Shown here: piece after piece, positions 25,335-36,966 of the stretch
Numbering within the stretch: position 1 is the stretch's first letter
Layout: each line of letters opens with the position of its first letter
NCBI RefSeq assembly: GCF_964355755.1
Contig: NC_092673.1
Coordinates: 31,555,648-31,619,647, forward strand
DNA from: Antedon mediterranea
Lineage: Eukaryota; Animalia; Echinodermata
Length of the DNA: 64,000 bases
Reading direction: 5' to 3'
Program-made: the position numbers and the translations under genes
Notes under the pieces: model-generated
The model's input: only the letters and a program-made list of their open reading frames with translations
Databases searched by the model: none
Told to the model about the DNA's origin: nothing

Positions 25335-27218
25335 TTTATTATGTAAAAATTGTCCGAACTTGTCTTTTTATTTACATTTGTCATTTTCATTTGTCTGAAC
25401 TTTTCATTTTATTTGTTCGAACTTGTCTTTTCATTCTTTTTGTCCGAACTTGTCTTTTTATTATTTTTGTCCAAACCTGTTTTTTTATTTTCATTTGTCC
25501 GAACTTGTCTTTTTACTTTTATTTATCCGAACATGTCTTTTCATTTCATTTGTCCGAACTTGTCCTATTCATTTTTAGTTGTCCGAACTTGTCTTTTAAT
25601 TTATATTTGTCCGAACTTGTCTTTTCATTATTTGAACTTGTCTTTACATTTTCACTTGTCCAAACTTGTCCGTTTAATCTTTTTGTCCGAACTTGTCTTT
25701 TCATTTTTATTTGTCTAAACTTTTCTTTTCATTTGTCCAAACTTTCTCTCCCTATATTATAAAGAATAAAGAATGTAGATATGTGTAAATAATATCAATA
25801 ACGGTTGGTCTACAGATTTTGATGTAGGTCTATTAAAAGCAAATTGAACATATTGCATCTCCGTCATGCATCATCTCATTTTCTAGGAAAACAATGAAAA
25901 CAATTATTTTCAAACAGAGAAAATTTTTTGGAAGAAGGTATTTTGACAAGAACATCCGCCATCGGGAATGTGGGTTTAAAAGAGAGTTAAGCCAACAAAT
26001 TGTACGATTACACGAAGCAATAGACTAATGATGTGGTGTTAGCTAAACCATTATATTTTTCTTGATGAAAGGAGTTCCTAATGACTCGTATTGAATTCGA
26101 TACAGTTGGATTCTATGGGTCATTATTATTGACCGTTTGGTGGGAAAAACAATTATTATCTATACTAAAAGTCTTTTTCAAGGAGGGACAGGAAATAGAA
26201 AACTCATTACATGATTACGGCAAGTTTGGACAAATAAAAAAAAAGACAAGTTCGGACAAAAAAAATGAATAGACGAGTTTGGACAAATAAAATTAAAAAG
26301 ACAAGTTCGGACAAATAAAAATGTAAAAACAAGTTCAGACAAATAAAATAAAAAGACAAGTTCGGACAAATAAAAATGTAAAGACAAGTTCAGACAAATA
26401 AAATGAAACAACAAGTTCGGACACAGCTGCCCGAGTGGTCGTTTAAAGCCCCACCTGTGCTGAGACAACTTCATTGGCTTCCGGTAACACAAAGAATTAC
26501 CTTCAAGATCCTGCTATTTGTTTTCAAAGCATTTCTGAACTTATTCAACCTTATGTTACTAAGCGGTCTCTGAGATCTGTATCTGAGTCTCTTCTTGCCC
26601 ATATATTTCATCCTTCCACTAAGTTTTATGGAAATCGTTCATTTTCTTCGGTATCCGTTTCTCTATGAAATGCGTTGCCTCTTGAAATCCGTCAGGCTAC
26701 TTCCACCAGTGTATTCAAATCTCTCTTCAAAACCCACCTTTTTAATTTGAAATTTTTCTAAATTATTTTTCTGTCTTTGTAAAGCGCATTGAGGCTTTCA
26801 GCATAATGAGCTATATCAAGTACCAGTTATTATTATTATTATTAAATAAAATGAAAAGACAAGTTCGAACAAATGAACATGAAAAGACAAGTTCGAACAA
26901 ATAAAAATGTAAAGACAAGTTCGGACAAAAAGAACGAAGAGACAAGTTCAGACAAATAAAAAATAAAAAGACAAGTTCAGACAAATAAAATAAAAAGACA
27001 AGTTCAGACAAATTAACTGAAAAGACAAGTTCGGACAAATAAAATAAAAAGACAAGTTCGGACAAATGAACATGAAAAAACAAGTTCGGACAATTATGAA
27101 AATAAAAAGACAAGTTCAGACAAGAACGATATTGAAGTGAGGTGAAACAAATTCCGAAGAAATGAAGACAAGATCCAGCAATATATATTATATTTATATA
27201 TTTATTTACATAATAAAA
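25335..27218. mobile_element. Foldback-like element with inverted arrays of ~20-23 bp subrepeats
   Basis: Left arm 25349-25745 (TTGTCCGAACTTGTCTTTT)n; right arm 26219-26423 and 26850-27125 is the reverse complement; outer inverted match TTTATTATGTAAA (25335) / TTTACATAATAAA (27206). Confidence 0.7.
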
Positions 27219-29019
27219 AATCAATTAAAATGCCTTGAACACAAATTCAAAAAATAATTTTACGCGAGCATATGAAATACACTGAGGAGTTATTATAGGT
27301 CTGAATAGTAACTATTTGATACAATTATTTTAATACCGAGTAACAATTATCGTGCGAGTAGCGTTATTATATAGACTCGACATCAATTTCAATGCCATGT
27401 ATTATTGTATCATTATAGTATAACATCAAATCAACCAGGTTTGCTCATTTCTTTTATATTAACAATTATATAGCACCACGTGTTGAATCAAGTCTTACCA
27501 ATACGGAAAATGTCTATAATCGACTATGCTTTATATATTGGGGTTTTAAATATTTTTAGTGAAATGCACGTCACTCATCATTACTTATTGATTCCAATCT
27601 CCCGATTTATTCTATAATATATTTATGTAGCCTATAAGATACTGAAACTGTTAAGCCAGTAAAATAAGGTGACAGTATGCCGCATACCTGTACGTTGGAT
27701 ACGCCCAAATAAAAACCACGCCTACTAAGTGATTGACTTGCGGGTACCGGGTACATTTTAACCAAAGAATTTATAGCCAACAATGATAAAACATTCGGCG
27801 TTTAACACCTTTCCATTTTTTAACATAATTGAAGCCTAGGAAGCCAATTATTATTAATTGATTGGACGAATGTCAGTAAATTACTATGGACATTTTTTGT
27901 TTTGAGTTTTTTCAAATGTAGATTTCTTCATTCATATTGAATGCGTATCCTTGCAATTATCGACATGGGTCTACTTACACCGTAATAATTTGTAACGTAC
28001 TTGTAACCTACCATTGTTAAAGCCTATTATACAATCTATTCATTGAAATATGAAATTTGCCTTGGTTTTTTTCTGTGGCTTATTATTATTAAATATTATG
28101 TTACGATTTGTTGTGTTGATTGGCTGTGAACTGTACTTTGAATTCTGTCAGTGGTCTGTAAAGGTTCTTCACCGGTTAATGTACTACTTGTTTTCATAAT
28201 TGAATATGCCATTTAAAAAAAAATTAAAGGCAATCAATTTACGTGAATGAGAGATGCTATTTTGTTAAGAAATCATGAACGATATATGGATTTTTATAGT
28301 AAAATAGTTTCATCTCAGTGAGATTGGGCGAAGATCATTCACTGAAGCAATAATCTTAACCTTGGGTATAGAAATACCAGTCGCCTTTTCCACAAATTAG
28401 GATGTTCATTAAGTGATTTGTGAAAAATGTTAGTGATAGGTAGACTCAGTTCAGGTGCGAAGTTTTTAATCAAGCTGCTTGGCTAATCATCGGGATGCTC
28501 AGCTTTTATGGGGATTGCCAGATATCGATGACAGGCGGTGGGCTAGTAGGAAAATAAGCTGGAAGGCAAGAAATATCCAACGGAAGAGGAAGGTTATTAA
28601 CAAATAGCAGCAAAGTGATCATTAATTCTACTCGCAGCATCAACCATCAACATCAGCCAGACCAGGTAGGCTAACAGAAGATGGTTTATTAAGATTACAC
28701 ATTTTCTTAACACTCTTGTGCCATTTTGCAGGATTGTTGGATGTCATGGGCATCAACGAACTATAATGAGTAGCTTTAGCTTCCTAACGTTAAGTGTCAT
28801 CCAAAGAGTGTGCACTCCGAACATATCTTGAAACAACTGGAAAATTCATATTGGAAGTTCTGTGGTGTGGTCACTGATATATCGAAGATGGGGATTTCAC
28901 TACATGTATGATAGCACCCAAAAAGGCATAGTAAGGCGGGTAGATCAGAAATGTTTCCCGCAAAAAGCATCTCGGAACATCCATAGGCCTAAACATGGCT
29001 GCAATCGCGTGCTCAAATT
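25479..29019 (+). repeat. Segmental duplication, copy B (partner 13104-16610)
   Basis: Colinear direct similarity to 13104-16610. Confidence 0.9.
26452..26845 (+). mobile_element. L2/CR1-type LINE 3' fragment inside foldback arm (copy B)
   Basis: Same sequence as 14085-14455. Confidence 0.8.
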
Positions 29020-32000
29020 GTACTTGGTGTTTACCAACCGACCAACACAGTGAGCTGTAGAGTCGCGTTGCACGCACGCCACTAGACATGTTGTCTGTGG
29101 CTTCACAAACATTCTGCAAACAAATGGTGCACCCTCGATTAATATTCACACAGCACAATTTTTCTTTAGCGTCTTTTATTTTCTTAAAGTGCCATATCCA
29201 GTATTGCTCTCATTTTTTAACTTGTTTTTTACTACTTTTTTAAAACTCGACTACTGTTACATGTCCCACTGCGCAGCCAAAAATAGCACTTACTGACTGT
29301 TTACATGAAGCTGTCCAAAGTATGCAAAATCGGAGAAAGTTTTGTTTTATATCACTATGTTGCATAGTAAAAATATTCCAGTATTTGATTTCTATTGTAT
29401 CTTTTTTAACATACAAATAATTCTTTATTTTGTTAATCACACAAACAATAAATCAAATTAATCAAAATATAAAATTTATTATTACATTTCCTTTGTACAA
29501 AAAAATCTTATTCACATTTTATGTTATAATATAATATCACCGTAGTGAAAATGTATACAAAATAGCAGAGAAGCTTTATTACGTAATAATAAAATAAAAA
29601 AACTTCCAAATTTAATTGATTTTCGGTTATTCATAGGAAAGGTCAAAGGTGACGAGTCGAACAGATCCAAGATATCTAAAATGGCATTCTAATAAATTGA
29701 GGAGGAAAACTACCTAATTTTTATATAGGGCCTAACATCATATTACAAATATTTATAGAAATTTTAAAACGGGGCTTAATCATTTTTAATTTTGGAGGTC
29801 AGCCCTATCTGGAGGTACATATGTAATCTGATTGCTCTTGTTTATGTATTGTTTCAGTTCACATTTTCTGTTTAGTTTCTTCCCCTGTTCACCCTTTTAA
29901 AAATGATTTTCTATTTTTTAGCAGTAGCTTTATGCGAGGTAAATGAAATGCACTCACAGATCGGATGTGACCTACAGGCTGTCTGTTGGTATACATATTG
30001 TATGAAACATAAAAAAGTACTATGAAACGCTGAAGGTACATATTTCTGTTGTTAAAACATACTTGGAATAAACATACTGCAGTTGTCTACATATATATGT
30101 TTATAATGTCTTAAAATTGAATTGTCACCTAAGTTCAATGAAAAACATATTTTAAGTTCCTAAACTTTATTATTAGTCTTCAACTATGTCTATTCTAATA
30201 ATGCAGCATGTCTATCCAGGTCAATGTCTTTTAGTAGGTGAAGGAATTCTGTCATTTTTCCAGAGAAAAGTCCATTCTTTTCAAGTTCAAACATCAAAGC
30301 CCAAACATTTTTAGGTTTACTTTTCACTCCACACACATGTCCAATTTTGGTTTGCTCATCAATACCTATCATGCGTCCAAATTCGATCAACTTTTGACGC
30401 TTATCCCAGCAGTCAGGAATTGCTATTTGACTGAATCCAGGAAAGGTTGGTAACAATTGCTTGATCTTTTCCTCGTCCACACCATCCATCCTTCCGATTA
30501 CAACAGCTTCAAATAGAACATCCACATTTGACCGGCTAATTATTCCAGGAGCTCCAAGTAACTCAAAGAGTTCGAATGGATCATCTTCCCTCTCTATGTC
30601 GGTTAGAGTAACTTGTTTGAACATTAAAAGGATGAATTTCAGTAAATTGACTTTATTATGTTCTTCCCACCATGATGACACTTCCACAAGTAGTTTTCGA
30701 TAGTTACTCTTGGATAGTACTTAAATAAAAAATAAAAAATCTTGTTAGGAATAGCACATTTTTGTCATTAATGCATACAATCTTATTGATTTTGTCAGAA
30801 TCTTTATTTCTTTCTTTTTATTCTTTCCTCACGTCATATGTTATGTGAGAATAGCAATCGTTGCATAGCGCATATAACATGCTTGTATGTGTGCTTACAA
30901 ATTTTATAATTAATTTTTGATTATTAAAAACCAGCACATTGCAGACCATTCTAAGCATTTTTTTGATCAACTAAAATATTAGTGCAGTCTATACCTGGCT
31001 TAATCGCTTAAATCTATTTTTTTAATTGTTTTTCTGCACACAAAAAAATTAACAGAAAATAAACCAAAAATTATATATTACAGTACAAAATACAAAAAAA
31101 GTGCAGTAGGCCAAAGTTTGCTGGCGAATTTTAAGTCATGGCTATCAGATTAAAAAAAAAAAAAAATGAGGGAAGTATAGTAAATGCAATTTCTTTCAAT
31201 TTTCTCTAAAGAAGAGATATGGCATACATTTTAAAATGAAATAATTTCTTAAAATTTGCTTGCTTGGTTGTCACATAATTACCTACTGATAATCAAACTT
31301 ACCAGTACCAGCCGACGTCCATGTTGACTTTCTTTTGACAGTACTCAGAGGAACACCTGTAAATGCAAAATTGTAATATTATATTATTGAACTTAAATTG
31401 ATGACAATTTTACAGTTAATATAAACATGATCAATAAAAAAGTATTTTATGCAATGCAATAGTGTTCCAGGCAGACTAGGGATATTGTATAGATGACCAG
31501 ACATTAAAAAGTACCTAAAAAAAAGAAAATCCCTATTTAAAATAATATAGATCGCGATGAAATGTTTTGTGGTAGTGTATCTACATATTTTGTGGTTTTA
31601 TCTATATATAAATTTACGTAAGGGCAAAATTCGGTAAATTGCGCCTTACTTCTAGAATTTGTACTCGATGGTATATAAAGTTGGTTCGTACTTTCGGTAC
31701 TGATTTTAACCACCTGATGTAACCCTGTTTACTAATTAAATTAAGTTAGATAATTAGTTATTGACGATTAAAACGAATTTAGGTTCAACGATTTGCCCCA
31801 AATAGGGGTGTTTTCCGATCGTGGTATACACTGTCTAATGGATGTCCATCTTGAAAAATACCCGCCACAAAAATGCGAGGAGGCTTCGCATTTTCCTATC
31901 TCCTCCTACGATAATTGTTTTTAATAGCTGAAAACCGGTTGAACAGCTAGAATACAGCATCATAATGTTGAAGACAGGCCGATTTTCTTTAAAAAATACT

Positions 32001-32849
32001 ATTTTGATAGATTTAATATACGTTTATACAAATGTATTGATTTGCGATGAATGGAACATCCCAATCTCTCAGTCTGCCAGAGTTTGGTTTAACACAAGTA
32101 GGTAAATTTATGAGCCCCTGGTTTAACACATACGGTAGGTAAATATATGGGCCCTTTGAGAATAAACTTGCAATACTTTGACAATACTGTAAATACCTCA
32201 TTTGAATCGAAAATTTCTTACTGTGAATGTTCGTACTGTTAGATGTAATATAAAAATATACAAATAAACTTTATTACTGAGATTGTGGATAGGCTGTACT
32301 GTTAGATATATAAACACATTATTATATACAAATAAACTTTATACTGACAGTTCCTTCTCAACGTTTGTATTAATTAATAATTACCAAAAATATAAACGTC
32401 GTAGTGGTGTATCGTGACATGTACTTTAATATTTCAATCGATTATGACAGTGACAGTTTTAACAAAGTATTATTTATTAAATCTCAAATGTTTTACTGTA
32501 TTTAGAGGTATAGTATTTATAGGCCTATAAAACAAGAACAAAATATTTCGTTACTGAGTTGATAAAGAATATATTTAAAAATTGTTCCTCTTTGTACCTA
32601 TCCGCTTTCCCATCCCTCAACCCTAATGTTACATACAAAACACAAATTGGGTTTCTTTAAATGAGGCCAAATCAAAAATTTGGACTCATTTTGATAAGTT
32701 TCTCCTTCGGAAGTAATTCACAGGGTGCTAATTTTAGTTGACTACACAAATCATCGTGTCTATTTATTCGTTTCTGTAAACGAAAATGTATTATAGTCCT
32801 GCGGTACGTACATTTGAAATCGCCAGTTTTGCTACGCTGAAATTACTGT

Positions 32850-32915
32850 GTATTCGAGAACCATCTGTGGGCACGACCTAGATGGTACGCGAGCGAAGCG
32901 AGCGTACCATTTAGT
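32850..32915 (+). mobile_element. Helitron-like 3' terminus
   Basis: Hairpin ATGGTACGC-GAGCGAAGCGA-GCGTACCAT followed by TTAG-T (canonical end is CTRR-T). Confidence 0.45.
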
Positions 32916-33694
32916 TATAATAATTTTTGTTTAAATGATACAAATTTAGACCAAATTTGTAATACGATGAATGTAACTCATAATTAATAATAGGTCCTGT
33001 TAATGATCTTGATTTAAGTTTCTGTTCTAACGCTGCCCAAATGAATTATGTCCAATCACCGTCATCCCTTGTTTGAAGAGTACAACTTCCTGTGTTGGGG
33101 CTGTCGATTGCGTAGCATTCTGTCACGAACTACAAGATATCATAATTCATTTGTTCCTAGCTCAATCATCAGATATAATAAGACATGCGATAGATAGACT
33201 CATAGATTCTCATACCTTGTATTACCATATTTTTTCAAATAGAGGCTATGCTTTAAATAAATTCCCCCCACCTTCCCCCCCCCCCATAAAATATCATTTT
33301 GAAAAAACACCCCCCTCGAATCAACATCACAGGGTCTTTATTTATTTCCCCCGAAATAAATAGTTTATACTATACAATCCCTTTTTACAGATATAGGTGT
33401 TGTGGAATGGCAACAGTGAGCATTGCTTAATACCCAATGTAACATTATTTTGATATAAAGTTTGCGGTACACCACATTTCCTGAACTTTCTGCATTCCTG
33501 GACTTTCTGCATTCTCACTCAGAGGACGACCGAAGACGAAAAAACTCAACAGTCCTTTTCTGAACTATTTACACATGGTGAACCACAAACTTTACATCAA
33601 CCTATTGATATCGCCATGCAAAACAAAGGTAACATACCTGGATTTGGACTTGCTGTTCCAACTTCACCTGTAACAAATGAAATACACAATAATT

Positions 33695-34540
33695 AATTCA
33701 ATGATTCTGCTAGTACTACTACTGGTAAGAGGAATGAAGATATCACAGCTAATAGCAGCATGTTGTAACAATGTATAGATTATCAATAATGATTCTGATA
33801 GTACTACTACTGGTAAGAGGAATGAAGATATCACAGCTAATATCAGCATGTTGTAACAATGTATGATTATCAATAATGATTCTGATAGTACTACTACTGG
33901 TAAGAGGAATGGAGATATCACAGCTAATAGCAGCATGTTGTAACAATGTATAGATTATCAATAATGATTCTGATAGTACTACTACTGGTAAGAGGAATAA
34001 AGATATAACAGCTAATAGCAGCATGTTGTAACAATGTATAGATTATCAATAATGATTCTGATAGTACTACTACTGGTAAGAGGAATGAGGATATCACAGC
34101 TAATAGCAGCATGTTGTAACAATGTATAGATTATCAATAATGATTCTGATAGTACTACTACTGATAAGAGGAATGAAGATATCACAGCTAATAGCAGCAT
34201 GTTGTAACAATGTATAAATTATCAATAATGATTCTGATAGTACTACTACTGGTAAGAGGAATAAAAATATCACAGCTAATAGCAGTATATGTTGTAACAA
34301 TGTATAGATTATCAATAATGATTCTGATAGTACTACTACTGGTAAGAGGAATGAAGATATCACAGCTAATAGCAGCATGTTGTAACAATGTATAGATTAT
34401 CAATAATGATTCTGATAGTACTACTACTGGTAAGAGGGATGAAGATATCACAGCTAATAGCAGCATGTTGTAACAATATATAGATTATCAATAATGATTC
34501 TGATAGTACTACTACTGGTAGAGAAATGAAGATATAACAT
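33695..34540 (+). repeat. 88-bp minisatellite, block 1 (~9.5 copies)
   Basis: Unit GAAGATATCACAGCTAATAGCAGCATGTTGTAACAATGTATAGATTATCAATAATGATTCTGATAGTACTACTACTGGTAAGAGGAAT. Confidence 0.95.
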
Positions 34541-36051
34541 CTATTATATAACACCTAAATAAATTCCTGTCATTTGATTGGACGATTGTGGGTCACATGG
34601 CGTGCAATAGTACGCACTATTAATAGAACTTTAATTACCAGTACGACAGCACATTATATGTTCAATTGTTATAATAAAAGTAGCAATGTATTTTATAAAC
34701 TATACTGAAGTGTTTTAGATCATCATCACATTCTGTTATTTCCTTCATCATTTTATTTTTTATTCGATCAAAACCAACAGCGATGAAAACCGCCACTAAC
34801 ATAAATTTGCTACTTAAAATTGTCTATACCAATTTCATTTATGGATAGGAATCACGTTGTCCTTCATCCAGTCATTGGGAATGGTACCGGTTGAGAGGGA
34901 TAAATTAAACGAGGCCTACCGCAGCAATCATCACTTTGTTTGCCGACCAAATCACTGCCTAGCCTAGCAAATCGTACAATGCCTAGCGCGATCGGTAATA
35001 CTCTGCCATACGAATTACATGCAGTGGTGTTATGCTTTAATTTTGCTGGGCACTTTTTGCACTCCAGTGCATGATACTTGATAGTGAAAAAATAAGTGCT
35101 GTACATCCTTGAACCCATGTTATAATACTAGTTAATTATCATCGACTCCATAAAAGTAAAACATAGGTACAATTTAAATTTTTTTTTAGACAATCTATTT
35201 ATCTGATATATAATATTTCAATCACCTTGGTCTGGTTTTCTTCTTTTTCTTTCCTTTCCAATTTCATCTGCAAATAAATAAAAAATATTACACTAGGTGA
35301 ACTTTCTGTAAGTGGACACCCTTGGGTCCAGAAAAGTATCTGCTTATAAAAGTGCCTACTTATGACAGATTCAGCTGATAGTATCAATTGAGTGTTTGTT
35401 AAGGGAGGGGAGGAGCACTGCATACAATGTTTAACTATAATCACTTGAGACACAAAGATGAAATTGCCATGCGAGTAATCTACAACAAGCGACAGCTCAT
35501 CTGAGCTTATCCAATTCTTCACTTGTCATTGGTCAAATTACTATTGTTGTGCCTACGTTCTTGTGTTGCATCCTAGAGATCCAAATAATCGTCATTGAGG
35601 GCAGCACAGCATTAACAAAGGCAAATACTTTATTATAATTAAATATCATTGAGTCCATAAAAGTACAACATTTTGCAAAACTTATCTACTTATTTTAATC
35701 AATTACCTTCATCTGAATATCTTCTTTTTCTTTCTGTTTCATCTGCAAATAAAATAAAAAATATTAGTTGAACCTCCTGTAAGTGGACACCATTGGGTTA
35801 AAGTAAAGTATCTCATGGATGCACACAAAGATGCAATGCACAGCTCATCTGAGCTTATTCACTTGCCATTGGTCAAATTACTTGTTGTGCCTACATTCTT
35901 GTGTTGCATTCTAGTGAGCCAACAAATTAAACTCTTCTCAAATAAAAAAAAAAGGTTTATAATATTGAACCTCCAACATTAACATTTTTTTATTCTAAAT
36001 ATCTTGACATTAGTAAATAGATTGTTAATATTTTATTTCATTCTCTAAGTA

Positions 36052-36966
36052 GAAATTATCAATAATGATTCTGATAGTACTACTACTGGTAAGAGGAAAT
36101 GTCTGTGAAGTTGGTTACTAGTTCCTAGTTTCTTATTCAAATTCAATTAAAGGGACAGTCACAAATATTAAAAAAACAGATTTTAATACGTAATAACTGT
36201 CTAATTGAGTTGTTATTGCATCAACATGTTAGCATGTCAACATTTTTTGCATATTCGCCCTCAACGGCGAATAAGTAACTGGCTTTACGAACGTTATAAC
36301 ACTTGACCTACTTAATTTTTTCAAAATATTTTGGTATGAATCGATGACCTGTTTAAAAAAAATATTTGTGACTGTCCCTTTAATTGAATTTGAATAAGCT
36401 ACTAGGAACTAGTAACCAACTTCACAGACATTAAGAGGAATGAAGATATCACAGCTAATAGCAGCATGTTGTAACAATGTATAGATTATCAATAATGATC
36501 CTGATAGTACTACTACTGGTAAGAGGAATGAAGATATCACAGCTAATAGCAGCATGTTGTAACAATGTATAGATTATCAATAATGATTCTGATAGTAGGC
36601 CTACTACTACTGGTAAGAGGAATGAAGATATCACAGCTAATAGCAGCATGTTGTAACAATGTATAGATTATCAATAATGATTCTGATAGTACTACTACTG
36701 GTAAGAGGAATGAAGATATCACAGCTAATAGCAGTATGTTGTAACAATGTATAGATTATCAATAATGATTCTGATAGTACTACTACTGGTAAGAGGAATG
36801 AAGATATCACAGCTAATAGCAGCATGTTGTAACAATGTATAGATTATCAATAATGATTCTGATAGTACTACTACTGGTAAGAGGAATGAAGATATCACAG
36901 CTAATAGCAGCATGTTGTAACAATGTATAGATTATCAATAATGATTCTGATAGTACTACTACTGGT
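36052..36966 (+). repeat. 88-bp minisatellite, block 2 (~6.5 copies), interrupted by a MITE
   Basis: Same unit as block 1. Confidence 0.95.
36099..36431. mobile_element. Palindromic MITE with 9-bp TSD containing a TTAA-flanked (Kolobok-like) inner element
   Basis: ~70-bp inverted repeats; TSD TAAGAGGAA at 36090-36098 and 36432-36440; inner TTAA-AGGGACAGTCACA...TGTGACTGTCCCT-TTAA (36147-36383). Confidence 0.8.

Noticed and set aside
25349-27125. CRISPR-like appearance of conserved GACAAGTTCGGACAA cores with variable spacers (also 13104-14735)
   Set aside because: Spacers are only ~5-10 bp of A/T, the arrays face each other as inverted arms, there are no cas genes, and the context is eukaryotic.
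29020-29440. Cys-containing minus-strand frames (IWHFKK...LCCVNINRGCTICLQNVC) suggestive of a BED or other zinc finger
   Set aside because: Interrupted by stops and motif spacing is unconvincing; may be a decayed transposon gene but cannot be supported by eye.
34540-35130. Possible Crypton- or Helitron-type non-autonomous element (similar weak cases at ~1190-1500 and ~58740-59130)
   Set aside because: Only vague terminal resemblance; no TSD, TIR or second copy in the window to support boundaries.
33664-36913. Many MLLLAVISSFLLPVVVLSESLL ORFs resembling signal peptides or membrane proteins
   Set aside because: Translations of the 88-bp minisatellite, whose unit length is not a multiple of 3.
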